A stretch of 64,000 nt of DNA. It comes from an uncultured virus (IMG/VR IMGVR_UViG_3300046169_000098). Taxonomy: Duplodnaviria > Heunggongvirae > Uroviricota > Caudoviricetes. The DNA lies in IMG/VR virus record IMGVR_UViG_3300046169_000098. One strand, 5' to 3'. Positions 1 to 8,689 of the stretch are shown here, piece after piece (within the stretch, counting starts at the first letter, position 1; each line of letters starts with the position of its first letter). The notes beneath the pieces were generated by a model that saw nothing but the letters and a program-made list of their open reading frames with translations, ran no database searches and had not been told where the DNA came from. The translations under genes and the position numbers were made by a program.

Positions 1-316
1 GCATGAATAATACCAGTTTCTTATTATATTTTTTGGCTAAATATGCAAGAGATATTCCTGCAAAACCAAACCTGGGCTGTACGTATACTAAAGTATCCGT
101 TGGTGCCTTTTGAACTAGAATATCACCAAATCTACATTTAGATCCAAATCCCATTAAATCATCTCTAACTACATTAAATCCTTCATGATTCACAATAACT
201 GGATCATCTAGTGGATCTTGCCAATCACCAGCCAAATCTAACCACGCCTGTCTATTTGGCATCATTAGATTTAAATCTTGATTCATTGTGCTTGTTGTGT
301 GTTTATTATGTGCCAT
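1..316 (-). CDS. PLP-dependent enzyme (fold-type II-like) of the kind found in phage thymidine-hypermodification loci; truncated by the window edge
   Basis: Not in the ORF track; translated by hand from ATG at 316: MAHNKHTTSTMNQDLNL...FNVVRDDLMGFGSKCRFGDILVQK...YVQPRFGFAGISLAYLAKKYNKKLVLFM. The VRDDL..GSK.R (PLP lysine) and G.AGISLA...K.Y.K..VLFM patterns match the PLP family; adjacent to AADT genes. Confidence 0.75.
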   Translation of the reverse strand, partial: MAHNKHTTSTMNQDLNLMMPNRQAWLDLAGDWQDPLDDPVIVNHEGFNVVRDDLMGFGSKCRFGDILVQKAPTDTLVYVQPRFGFAGISLAYLAKKYNKKLVLFM

Positions 317-319
317 ATA

Positions 320-1427
320 TTATTCGTTTGGATAGTCTCTGCCCCACAAATATTTAGTTGTGTCTGCATTAACTAATATTTCTTTTTCTGGATGTTTAGC
401 TAAATTAAAGTTACCATCGAATATCCAAGTATATGGAATTCTCTTTGTAGGTGACTTAATACCATGGCTAATCGCAATGTGTTTATAGAAGAAACATGTT
501 TTATCTTCTACATTTAAATACTTTTGACTTTCCATTGGATTATTTGGATGATTTACAAGTACATCCATTTGTCTTAGCCATTCTTCAGCGTGTTTGTTTT
601 CTGCAATAAATTGACCATCTTTGTCAATTGTGTATTTTACTTTTCCATTTAAATTAACTCCTCCAAATATCTGTTGCATACCATCAAAGTGTCCAGTTCC
701 TCCAAATAAAATAGATTCTGGATCAACCAGATCTGGTCTACTCATTGCAACATATCTTGCTGTGTTTTTACACGGATATAATGGTGACCTAAATCCTTGA
801 TGTTCTTTAAAATAAGCTTCTAATAGTTTAGCAAATTCCATCATCGTATATGGTCTTTCTAAATCTTCAAGAATATGGACCATATCTTTTGCGGCTTTTT
901 TAGGTCCATCAATTAACCAATCTTTGACGATGGTGCCCTTTGGATAATAGATTTGAAATAAATCATTTCTTGCATGTCTATTATTAACAAAGTGTGCCCT
1001 TGGTCTTTTCTTCACCTTCATTAATTAGGCGAGTTATTGTACCCCAATGTTCATTTGAAAAAGAGAAAACAATAGTATAATAAAGTAGTTTCTCTAAGTC
1101 TGTTTCTTTTTGCATCATATAGCAATAAGGATGCTCGTGCCAATGTAGTCTATGGGAAAATATCTGATAATCTTCTAACAAAAGTTTATCTTCTCTCTTA
1201 TCAAACTCGTGACAAAATTCAAAGAACTTTGCTAGCCTCATTTCTTCTGACCAATCTTTCATCCAACTTTCTGCTGGCTTTTTCTTTTTAAATGCAACAT
1301 TTGTAGAAGTACCATCATATGTAATATTTCTATACTCTTGTGTAACATCGTCTTCAAACGTAAACAAAACACCCAGATCAGGTGTTTGTTTAGCTACTTT
1401 TTTTATTTCTTTTATAGTGTTACTCAT
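320..1427 (-). CDS. amino acid:DNA transferase-like (aGPT-Pplase/AADT, HhH-glycosylase-like fold), about 368 aa, split by one +1 insertion near 1001
   Basis: ORFs 984..1427 and 320..1021 join as EEKT-RAHFVNNR when one A is removed. C-terminal motifs ARYVAM...FGGTG...NVEDKTCFFYKH parallel those of the upstream paralogue. Confidence 0.6.
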
Positions 1428-2632
1428 ATTTTTGCTACCATTTTTTTGTACTCTTCAACTGATACTCCAGCGCTTTGTAATATTTTATCGTCTGATGGAA
1501 ATGAAGTCATTCCATTAAATGTTTTTACAAGCCCCAAATCTAGCATTGCTTTTTGTCTGCCATATGGATGGTCTTTAATTTCAGAAGAATTCCAAAGAGT
1601 GTCCATATTAATATGCGCATAGTCTGCGCCTGGCCTTAAATAATTTTCAATCCATCTAATAAAATCACAAGCAACATCTTCTGCGTTATACGGTAAAGAC
1701 CCAGTATCTTCGTATATTTTTGTCATAACAGCATCTAAGAATTCTTCACTCTTTTTACCTTTCTTTTCTACAGGATCTGCAAGATAACCGATGCATTCTA
1801 CTGCATTAGTACCATAATAGAACATTGATTCTCTATTCATAAATTCTGGGTACCAGTCACATACATCTGCAATAACTGCAGCATATTGGAATCTATAAGC
1901 TCTTAGGCCGTTGTCTGCATTCCACTTAAACATCCACTCGCCCAATTCTCTTAAATCTTTTTTGCCACCCTGTCTTAAAAAGTTTGCCATGTCTCTGGCC
2001 ATTCTTGGTGCAAATTCACATAAGAAATAATCTCCACCTCTTTTGTAAACATATTCTGGTTTACTAAAATTTGCCATGCCTACAAAAGCATCTTCATTTA
2101 TTTCTGGTTTTGGTGGTTTTGGAAATGCTGGAAATTGATAACCAACTGAGGTGTAAAACGGAGTTGGGTGATGTTTAATAACTTCACACATTTCTTCAAT
2201 AGTAGAACACTCGTGTAAATTAAAAAGAATTGTGTTATGATAACCAGATGGTTTAGTAGCGTAATTAATAGCAGAGCCACATACTCTGTGAAGAATAAAA
2301 ATATAAAGCCATTCTTCTAGGCCAAATTCATTTCTTTTATTGTTCCAATTGGTAGCAACCTCTTTTCTCTGTGGTGTGTATAATCCCTCGGTCATTCTTG
2401 ACCAATATGGATGATCTGGATTCCAACCATAAAAGCAATCGTTTATTATCTGAGAAAACCCAGCAAATTTACGCTCTACGACATCATATAATTCGATATG
2501 ATGCATTAGCTCATCATTTAATTTTGATTCTGCATGTGGGACATGACCAAGATTACTTAAATCTTGCTGTTTTTTAGCTAGATCAAAATATCTTAAAAAC
2601 TCATCGTAATACTTAGTCGTTGTTATCTGCAT
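1424..2632 (-). CDS. amino acid:DNA transferase (aGPT-Pplase/AADT family), 402 aa
   Basis: Motifs FQYAAVIAD...YYGTNAVECI and NAEDVACDFIRW resemble the aGPT-Pplase pattern (F.AY....D...GPGA; .E..LCE..KY); neighbours include a PLP enzyme. Confidence 0.7.
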   Translation of the reverse strand: MQITTTKYYDEFLRYFDLAKKQQDLSNLGHVPHAESKLNDELMHHIELYDVVERKFAGFSQIINDCFYGWNPDHPYWSRMTEGLYTPQRKEVATNWNNKRNEFGLEEWLYIFILHRVCGSAINYATKPSGYHNTILFNLHECSTIEEMCEVIKHHPTPFYTSVGYQFPAFPKPPKPEINEDAFVGMANFSKPEYVYKRGGDYFLCEFAPRMARDMANFLRQGGKKDLRELGEWMFKWNADNGLRAYRFQYAAVIADVCDWYPEFMNRESMFYYGTNAVECIGYLADPVEKKGKKSEEFLDAVMTKIYEDTGSLPYNAEDVACDFIRWIENYLRPGADYAHINMDTLWNSSEIKDHPYGRQKAMLDLGLVKTFNGMTSFPSDDKILQSAGVSVEEYKKMVAKI

Positions 2633-2633
2633 A

Positions 2634-2783
2634 CTAATCTATAATTTTCCAACCGAATGCTGGTCTATTTCTTTGATATTGTCCCATAGACCACTCGATG
2701 TCTTTGGTTTCTATTTCAATTATTTCAACTTCTTTCGATGCTGCGTAAGTAATTTCTATTTTGAATTTTTCGTCTAGTTTCAT
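2634..2783 (-). CDS. small hypothetical protein, 49 aa (MKLDEKFKIEITY...AFGWKIID)
   Basis: Hand-translated; exactly fills the gap between flanking genes. Confidence 0.6.
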   Translation of the reverse strand: MKLDEKFKIEITYAASKEVEIIEIETKDIEWSMGQYQRNRPAFGWKIID

Positions 2784-2784
2784 A

Positions 2785-3847
2785 TTAAAATAATGACAGT
2801 GTTTGTTTAATTAAGTTCTTATTTGGTTCGTTTGTTTCCATGTTCCATCTGTAATACTCTCTAGAGATGTGTACTGATTTTGGTTTTTCCATTACATCGA
2901 ATGTTAGTTCTCCAATCGCATTAAAATAAACCTCCGGGTGTTTGTAAACCTTCCAGTTATTTCTTTCAGCCATATCGTCAATGCCTTCGTTAATTTGTTT
3001 TACTAACTCTGTTCTTTCTGACCATGTGCCCTATAAATGGAGTTCCTTTATAATAGCCGGTTTTTGGTAGAGGTCTAGATTCATTTTCAATTGGCAAAAC
3101 ATGTACTATCTCAATGTCACTGATACCTAAACCAATAAGCTCTTCTTCGTATTTTTTTAGAAGTGTTTTTACAGAATTAGCCGGATTTGGTTGTCTCATT
3201 AAGTGATGTCTTACATCAATATTACCCATATAAACTGTTAAGCTTTTAATCCATGGATATACATAACTTTGTAAACCTCTTTTTAATGCACCATGCATAG
3301 TCAAACCATCATGTCTTTGACACATATATCCTTCTTGATACATTCCAAAAGAGTGACTATCTCCAAAGCATAGTTTTTCTGTTTTATCTACATGATCTAC
3401 TCTTTGTATATTCGTACACAATTCCGTTGCTTCTTCAATTCTAGCTTCAAGTGTTTTAAATAAATCAGTTCCTGCTTTAAGCCTAGTTTGAATCAAATTA
3501 CCAATATCTGGCATATCGTGATGTAGGGAATATTTTTTAACGGGGGAAAATAACCTCATAAGTTGATGATATAAATCATCGTTAGAGCCTCCAAAAATAT
3601 TAAACGTGCCTTTAAATTCCATACCATGATCTATAAGAATTGCGTCATAGTCATTCCAATCGGTTTGATTAGATGTGATTACTTCGGCATTAGAATAGCC
3701 CGCATTTTGCAATTGATTACATAGCATGTGAGCCCAAGCACCCTTGTGTGAAGAGATCTTTGGACTAATCTTACCTACCAAGGCACATATACCTACTTTA
3801 ATGGACTTGTCGGTTTCCTGTTCTGTAAAAAATGTTAGTTCTGTCAT
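2785..3847 (-). CDS. SGNH/GDSL hydrolase-like protein, about 353 aa, split by a +1 G near 3030
   Basis: ORFs 2990..3847 and 2785..2973 join (FIG-TWSERTELVKQINEGIDDMAE) when one G is removed. Motifs FGDSHS (block I), MGNID (block III) and SVH (block V-like). Confidence 0.6.
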
Positions 3848-3850
3848 AAT

Positions 3851-4159
3851 TTATTTAATTGGATCTTCAGTGTCTTTGTAGCCATGTTTTTCAACATAGT
3901 TATCTAGTGCACCTAAATACGCAACTGCATCTAGCAAGTTGTCTTGTTTATAATTATAAGAATGGCGACTTAATTTAAGTGCAACAAGCGCAGCATACAT
4001 ATCTGAGCCGTTTAGTTCTTTACCTGTCATTCCATTAAAAATCATAGCAGCTCTTCGCATACCTTCTTCGAATGGACCGTATTGGCGTGATTTTTCTTCT
4101 GAGCGATTGTTTACTATTTCGTTAGCTTCAGATAGGATGTTGGTTTTCTTTTTAGACAT
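3851..4159 (-). CDS. DUF6378-like all-alpha nucleotide pyrophosphohydrolase-like protein
   Basis: IL.EA..IV...R...YG.F.......A.......G...........LKLSR......D...D...Y pattern. Confidence 0.65.
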   Translation of the reverse strand: MSKKKTNILSEANEIVNNRSEEKSRQYGPFEEGMRRAAMIFNGMTGKELNGSDMYAALVALKLSRHSYNYKQDNLLDAVAYLGALDNYVEKHGYKDTEDPIK

Positions 4160-4175
4160 ATGAAACGTTTAGTAG

Positions 4176-4203
4176 TTATACACACAAACTTGAGTTTGTT
4201 TAA
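4176..4203 (-). promoter_or_regulatory. putative promoter AAAC-N17-TATAA upstream of the DNA-modification cluster
   Basis: Minus strand reads AAAC AAACTCAAGTTTGTGTG TATAA; the same spacing recurs at 17857-17884 and 18081-18108. Confidence 0.55.
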
Positions 4204-4268
4204 TTATTTATTTAACTCTTTTGGTGCTGCACTCGCGCTGATGGATGCGAAGCTGCATTTTATTAGTA

Positions 4269-4571
4269 TTATACTCGTGTGGGTTTAGATAGGTTATAGA
4301 TCATAGCACAGTAGAACCTGACAGCGTGCATATTAATATTATCTGCAGATGCCATTGTTTTACTTAGATTATTATCTATAACTGATTGTACAAATCCTCC
4401 TCCCATGTCACTGACATTCCATTTTTTACACATGATCTGTGTACCAGTGGTGACAATATGATTTTCTTCCCAAGAAATAATATCATTGTCGTGAATAAAT
4501 TGTTCTGCATTCTCGTCAAAGAATTTTTGTACTGATTCCTTAACTATTTTTATTTTATCAAATGTATTCAT
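4269..4571 (-). CDS. hypothetical protein (about 100 aa; probable start MNTFDKIK)
   Basis: ORF track 4269..4598; ATG at 4571 avoids overlap with the upstream small ORF. Confidence 0.65.
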   Translation of the reverse strand: MNTFDKIKIVKESVQKFFDENAEQFIHDNDIISWEENHIVTTGTQIMCKKWNVSDMGGGFVQSVIDNNLSKTMASADNINMHAVRFYCAMIYNLSKPTRV

Positions 4572-4582
4572 ATTATATAATT

Positions 4583-4747
4583 TTAGTTTCGTTTCCAACC
4601 ATATCCTGCAATTTCGCCCTTATTAAACATTTTAATAAGATTTTTATATGCCTTTGTTGCTGCGGGTCTTTTGCAGTGTTTTACCGCGTAAATAATTTCT
4701 GGAGAATATTCGTCTTCCCTTCTTAGAAAAAATGTAGTTCTATACAT
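4583..4747 (-). CDS. small hypothetical protein, 54 aa (MYRTTFFLRREDEYSPE...GYGWKRN)
   Basis: Hand-translated; fills the gap and its start overlaps the upstream stop region. Confidence 0.6.
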   Translation of the reverse strand: MYRTTFFLRREDEYSPEIIYAVKHCKRPAATKAYKNLIKMFNKGEIAGYGWKRN

Positions 4748-5000
4748 GTGTCACTGTATTACCGGTTAATTGAATGTACATTTCAATGGCTTTTTTTAGG
4801 CCTTTGATTTTATTTTCTATTTCTTTACTTACACCAACTTCAATTGCTTTAGGCAATAGATTATCGTACAAATATCCATCAAAAAGGCCATATGCCATAT
4901 TTTTCAGTGAATTGTCTTCGGTTGCTTTAATAATGTCCATTGTCATTGTCATCATTTCTGACGTAAAGCAATCATGTCTGTTAAATCTCTTATAGTTCAT
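4740..5000 (-). CDS. hypothetical protein (about 86 aa, MNYKRFNRHDCF...)
   Basis: ORF track; ATG at 5000 follows the upstream stop at 5002-5004. Confidence 0.65.
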   Translation of the reverse strand: MNYKRFNRHDCFTSEMMTMTMDIIKATEDNSLKNMAYGLFDGYLYDNLLPKAIEVGVSKEIENKIKGLKKAIEMYIQLTGNTVTHV

Positions 5001-5001
5001 A

Positions 5002-5178
5002 TTATTTAATATTAGTTGTACCATGCATTCTAAATCCTAAAACCGGAGTGTGACCAGTTATTTTATTCTTACGCTGTTCTATCATGTTTCTTGTCATGAT
5101 CAACGTTTCGACGTCAGTTTCTGACTTTACCCAATCGGTAAATAAGTAAGTCAATAATTTTGCTTTGATTTTTTTCAT
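5002..5178 (-). CDS. small hypothetical protein (58 aa, MKKIKAKLL...)
   Basis: ORF track 5002..5268, but the longer version spans a promoter repeat, so ATG 5178 is preferred. Confidence 0.55.
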   Translation of the reverse strand: MKKIKAKLLTYLFTDWVKSETDVETLIMTRNMIEQRKNKITGHTPVLGFRMHGTTNIK

Positions 5179-5203
5179 TTCTATTACTCTTTTAATTACT
5201 CTA

Positions 5204-5237
5204 CTAATATACCACAAATATTTGACATAAAAAAATC
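5204..5237 (-). promoter_or_regulatory. putative early (host RNAP) promoter, copy 1 of a perfect 34-bp repeat
   Basis: Minus strand GATTTTTTTATGTCAAATATTTGTGGTATATTAG, identical to 5643-5676. TATATTAG resembles the Bacteroidota -7 element TAnnTTTG, with a T-tract about 20 nt upstream. Confidence 0.65.
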
Positions 5238-5246
5238 TGGAGTGAC

Positions 5247-5636
5247 TTATTTTACAAAAAGTTTCCAATCTTTTTCTGCAGCGATGGCTTCTAACTCAAA
5301 TGGGTGAGTATCATATTCATATCCTTCTTCATCATACATCCTCTTCATTTCTTTACCGTCTTGAAGATAGTGTGTATACTCGTGGATTAATGTTTCTAAA
5401 ATCCACTGTTTGTTCTTTGCTTTAGGATAATAAATCACGATCGTATTTTCTTCCCTGTCGTATTCTGCATCTGGGTCGCAATCACCTTCAGCATCTTCTT
5501 CACCTGTTAATCTAACATAAATATTATGGTGAAGTTCAATTGTTGGAAATTCAGATTGATGTTTAGATCTACCGTAATAATTTTTTATATCTTCGTAGAC
5601 TTCTTCAATTATATTTTTACACTTTAACTCATTCAT
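5247..5636 (-). CDS. zincin-like metallopeptidase domain protein
   Basis: LIHEYTHYLQ (HExxH) with a downstream PFELEA third-ligand motif. Confidence 0.7.
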   Translation of the reverse strand: MNELKCKNIIEEVYEDIKNYYGRSKHQSEFPTIELHHNIYVRLTGEEDAEGDCDPDAEYDREENTIVIYYPKAKNKQWILETLIHEYTHYLQDGKEMKRMYDEEGYEYDTHPFELEAIAAEKDWKLFVK

Positions 5637-5642
5637 ATACTG

Positions 5643-5676
5643 CTAATATACCACAAATATTTGACATAAAAAAATC
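5643..5676 (-). promoter_or_regulatory. putative early promoter, copy 2 of the 34-bp repeat
   Basis: Identical to 5204-5237; lies just after a terminator and 6 nt before ATG 5636. Confidence 0.65.
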
Positions 5677-5695
5677 CTGGCTCACTTTTTTTCAT

Positions 5696-5720
5696 AAAAA
5701 AAGCCCACATCGAGTGGGCT
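5696..5720 (-). terminator. intrinsic terminator
   Basis: Perfect 7-bp stem AGCCCAC/GTGGGCT with a 5-nt loop, followed on the minus strand by a T7 run; downstream of the 5746..6651 gene. Confidence 0.85.
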
Positions 5721-5745
5721 CTTCTTTAATTCAATGATACTTAAA

Positions 5746-6651
5746 TTATCCTAATTTTTTAACAGTTGCTGTTAATTTATCTAGGGATGCTTTTACATGC
5801 TCACCATAATCTGCGTGCAAATCTTCATCTGCATCTAATGGTTGCATATCTTTCCATTCGTTGTATTTAGAGATAAACTCTTCACTAGCATCTACGATTT
5901 TCTTAATATCTGATTTTGTGTATGACTTTCCGTAATATTGAGTTGGATCTACATCCATTCTTGCAGTCTCATCTGTAAATGGATTTTTAATGTCTACACC
6001 TTCGAAATCAAATGAAAATGCTTCAAAGTTTTTTACAAATGATTCGTTTTTAGCATTCTTTTTATCTCTAGCTATTTTCTCTTTTTTTGCTTTTTTAAAC
6101 TCTTCTTCTGCATCTCCTTTGCTAGCTGGAACATCTCCTGAACCATCTGCGCCATCTACTGGTAAAGCAACCGGTCCCATACCTCCCATATTGGAAGGTG
6201 TAATATTCTCTAAAAATCTTTTAAAAGAATGTGATTTAGAACTTTCATTTAAGTCTATGCCGTCCCAGTCCCATTTGTAACCTTTACCGTCTGCACCATT
6301 ACCTAAGTAACCATACATTCCTTTTTTGAAACCATCAAAGAAAATAGCTGCACCGTATTCGCCAACGTCTTCTTTAGCATATTCTCTTGCAGCATCTTCG
6401 TCCATTGCCTGCACATGAACACTGCCTTCTTCAAACGAAAATAAAATACCTTTCTTAAAGTCTATTGAATCTCCAACCCACCATGTATCATTATCCATGT
6501 CATATGAATCGTCTTCATCTTCTTCGTCACCAAACATGTCAAAGTCCGGCCATTCAGATATACCGTAGTTTAATGCTTCTTTTTCTGTTTTAAAAAAATT
6601 AATCTGAGCGTAATCTCCAGATCTTTCTCTTACGTAAAATATCTTTGCCAT
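5746..6651 (-). CDS. acidic hypothetical protein, probable internal head protein
   Basis: 301-aa ORF with LNES..HSFKRFLE and NESFVKNFEAF motifs like neighbouring head-type proteins. Confidence 0.6.
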   Translation of the reverse strand: MAKIFYVRERSGDYAQINFFKTEKEALNYGISEWPDFDMFGDEEDEDDSYDMDNDTWWVGDSIDFKKGILFSFEEGSVHVQAMDEDAAREYAKEDVGEYGAAIFFDGFKKGMYGYLGNGADGKGYKWDWDGIDLNESSKSHSFKRFLENITPSNMGGMGPVALPVDGADGSGDVPASKGDAEEEFKKAKKEKIARDKKNAKNESFVKNFEAFSFDFEGVDIKNPFTDETARMDVDPTQYYGKSYTKSDIKKIVDASEEFISKYNEWKDMQPLDADEDLHADYGEHVKASLDKLTATVKKLG

Positions 6652-6684
6652 TGTTTAGTGTGCTTTGTTAAGAAACTCTTCAAA

Positions 6685-8652
6685 TTACCAAGCGTAATCG
6701 AATGTTTTGATTTTGTTAATTCTATCTTTAATAGATTTAGCATAGTTCTTAGCTTCTCTTTCATACCATCTTTCACCTGAACCATATTTCTTTTCAGACT
6801 CTTCAGATCTTGCTACATAATCACAGTATCTTGAGTAATCGTCTAAAATAGATGACATGTGCGAAGAAGCATCTTTTAATTTTACAGTAGAACCTCTTTT
6901 GTTTTTACCAATATAGATTTCTCCGTATTCTGTTGTCTGTCCAGCTTTTAAACCGTCTTGAATTTGTTTAGCTAATTCATCGATTGCATCTGAAACCATC
7001 TTATCTAGTGGCAAAGCAGCCGCCTTGGTAGCTAAGATTTGCATGTATCTGTTTTTGTTTTCTTGTTTGAAGTCTTTATCAGATTTGAATGCAATCGCAC
7101 CAGATTTAGCACTTGATCTTTCAGATCTTTTGTTTTCTGTAGAATACTTTTGTTGTAATAGATCTACGTTGATAACAACTGCTCTATCTGAAACTTCTGC
7201 AATTCTCTTTACATTATAAAGACCAGTTCCGCCCCATCCTTTATACTTCTTAGAAATACCAATAGTATCACTTGAATTATTAGGAGTAGTTTTTAAAGTT
7301 CTGTCTCTGTCTCTGCTGGAATATCTACTAGTCCATGTGTTTGTGTAAAATTCATTACCTCCACTTGCTACAGCTAATAAGTAACCTCCACCTGGGATAA
7401 CCTTGTTACTACCATATCCATCATTAGGTGCATATGGATTATCTTTCTCATTATCTGAGATATAGAAAACAATAGTGTTTGTTTGTTTTGCCTTGTACGC
7501 TGTCATTGGATCAGTATCAATAAGATCTTCATCTTGTACTTTATCTAAAGCAACTTTAGTTTTACCGTAAAATGCACCAGATAACGCTTTATCAACTTTA
7601 CCCCTAGTGTTTGTAAATAACTTAGAAAGTTTCATTGAACCAAAAGCTTCGTTTAGGTTTTCTACGAAAGATGAAAAAGATTCATGAACAAAAGAAACTG
7701 ATTCAAATTGTAAAGAATCGATTCTGATATTCATTGAAGCCATTTCCATTGGTTCAGTGCCATCTTCATAGTCCACTGTTGCAAATAAATCTCCAAGTTC
7801 TATGATTTTAAATCTTCCAGGAAATCTAACGTTTTCTCCGTAAACAGTTTCGCCGTTCTTAATTGCTTTTTGAGCTTTCTTTAATTTAGGGTGTACACCT
7901 TCATTTACGGTTTCAGCTGATTCAAATTGTAATTTATCAATAGCAATGTTCATTGAAGCCATTTCCATTGGTTCAGTACCATCTTCATAGTCTACAGTAG
8001 CCATATTACCTGCTTTATTAAAAGATAAAATCTTAAATCTTCCAGGGAATCTGATGTTTTCACCATAAACTGTTTCGCCTTTTTCGACGGCCTTTATGGC
8101 TTTCTTAATTTTAGGGCTAATACCTTCGTTTACGTCTTCTTCGTTTTCTTTAATTAGAACTGGATATGTTTTACCTTCGAATTCAAATTCTTTCTTGCCT
8201 TCTTCCTTTGCCTTTTTAGCAGCAGCGACGAATTTTCTACCTTCTTTTACCGGGTAAGTTTCACCATCAAATTCGAATTCTTTATCTCCGTTTTCTTTGG
8301 CCTTTCTTACAGCATCACCGAAAGCATTACCTTCTTCAACTTCGTCTTCTTTAACTTCTTCAGAAACGTTGATGTTATTTAAAATTCTTCTTCCAAATTT
8401 AGAAAGTGAGATACCGCCTTCAGCTACATTAAAGTATTTTGAATTTCTTCTTAACCATCTGCCTGAATCGCTAGACATTTCTTTTAAAATGTTGTCAAAC
8501 TCTTCTTGAGTTAGTGTGCCATCAGCGATGGCTTCTAAAACTTTATTTCTAATTTTAGCATGTGTGCCTGCAGTTAACGCAGGGTGGTTTTCAGTATATC
8601 TTCTCTTTAAAGTGATTTTACCTTCACCGATGAATTCTTCGAATTTTTTCAT
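6685..8652 (-). CDS. repeat-containing probable internal head protein, 655 aa
   Basis: N-terminus MKKFEEFIGE resembles the T4 capsid-targeting sequence MKTYQEFIAE; two pairs of internal repeats are bounded by VNE/LNE/EEG. Confidence 0.65.
   Translation of the reverse strand: MKKFEEFIGEGKITLKRRYTENHPALTAGTHAKIRNKVLEAIADGTLTQEEFDNILKEMSSDSGRWLRRNSKYFNVAEGGISLSKFGRRILNNINVSEEVKEDEVEEGNAFGDAVRKAKENGDKEFEFDGETYPVKEGRKFVAAAKKAKEEGKKEFEFEGKTYPVLIKENEEDVNEGISPKIKKAIKAVEKGETVYGENIRFPGRFKILSFNKAGNMATVDYEDGTEPMEMASMNIAIDKLQFESAETVNEGVHPKLKKAQKAIKNGETVYGENVRFPGRFKIIELGDLFATVDYEDGTEPMEMASMNIRIDSLQFESVSFVHESFSSFVENLNEAFGSMKLSKLFTNTRGKVDKALSGAFYGKTKVALDKVQDEDLIDTDPMTAYKAKQTNTIVFYISDNEKDNPYAPNDGYGSNKVIPGGGYLLAVASGGNEFYTNTWTSRYSSRDRDRTLKTTPNNSSDTIGISKKYKGWGGTGLYNVKRIAEVSDRAVVINVDLLQQKYSTENKRSERSSAKSGAIAFKSDKDFKQENKNRYMQILATKAAALPLDKMVSDAIDELAKQIQDGLKAGQTTEYGEIYIGKNKRGSTVKLKDASSHMSSILDDYSRYCDYVARSEESEKKYGSGERWYEREAKNYAKSIKDRINKIKTFDYAW
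7699..8127 (-). repeat. tandem about 70-aa domain duplication (7918-8127 and 7699-7902)
   Basis: EG..PK.KKA.KA...GETVYGEN.RFPGRFKI...ATVDYEDGTEPMEMASMNI.ID.LQFES occurs twice. Confidence 0.95.
8158..8334 (-). repeat. tandem about 30-aa repeat
   Basis: EG..F..A..KAKE.G.KEFEF.G.TYPV occurs twice. Confidence 0.9.
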
Positions 8653-8689
8653 TTTTAAATTTCTATATTTTATATTCTTATACTATATA

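Noticed and set aside
4220..4260. tRNA gene (minus-strand element followed by CACCA)
   Set aside because: Too short, and no T-loop GTTC or cloverleaf is recognisable; kept only as a low-interest structured element.
5204..5676. 34-bp direct repeats as a CRISPR array or att sites; plus-strand TTGACA as a sigma70 -35
   Set aside because: Only two copies, separated by a whole gene, each directly upstream of minus-strand starts; no cas or integrase genes; no matching -10 box or gene on the plus strand.
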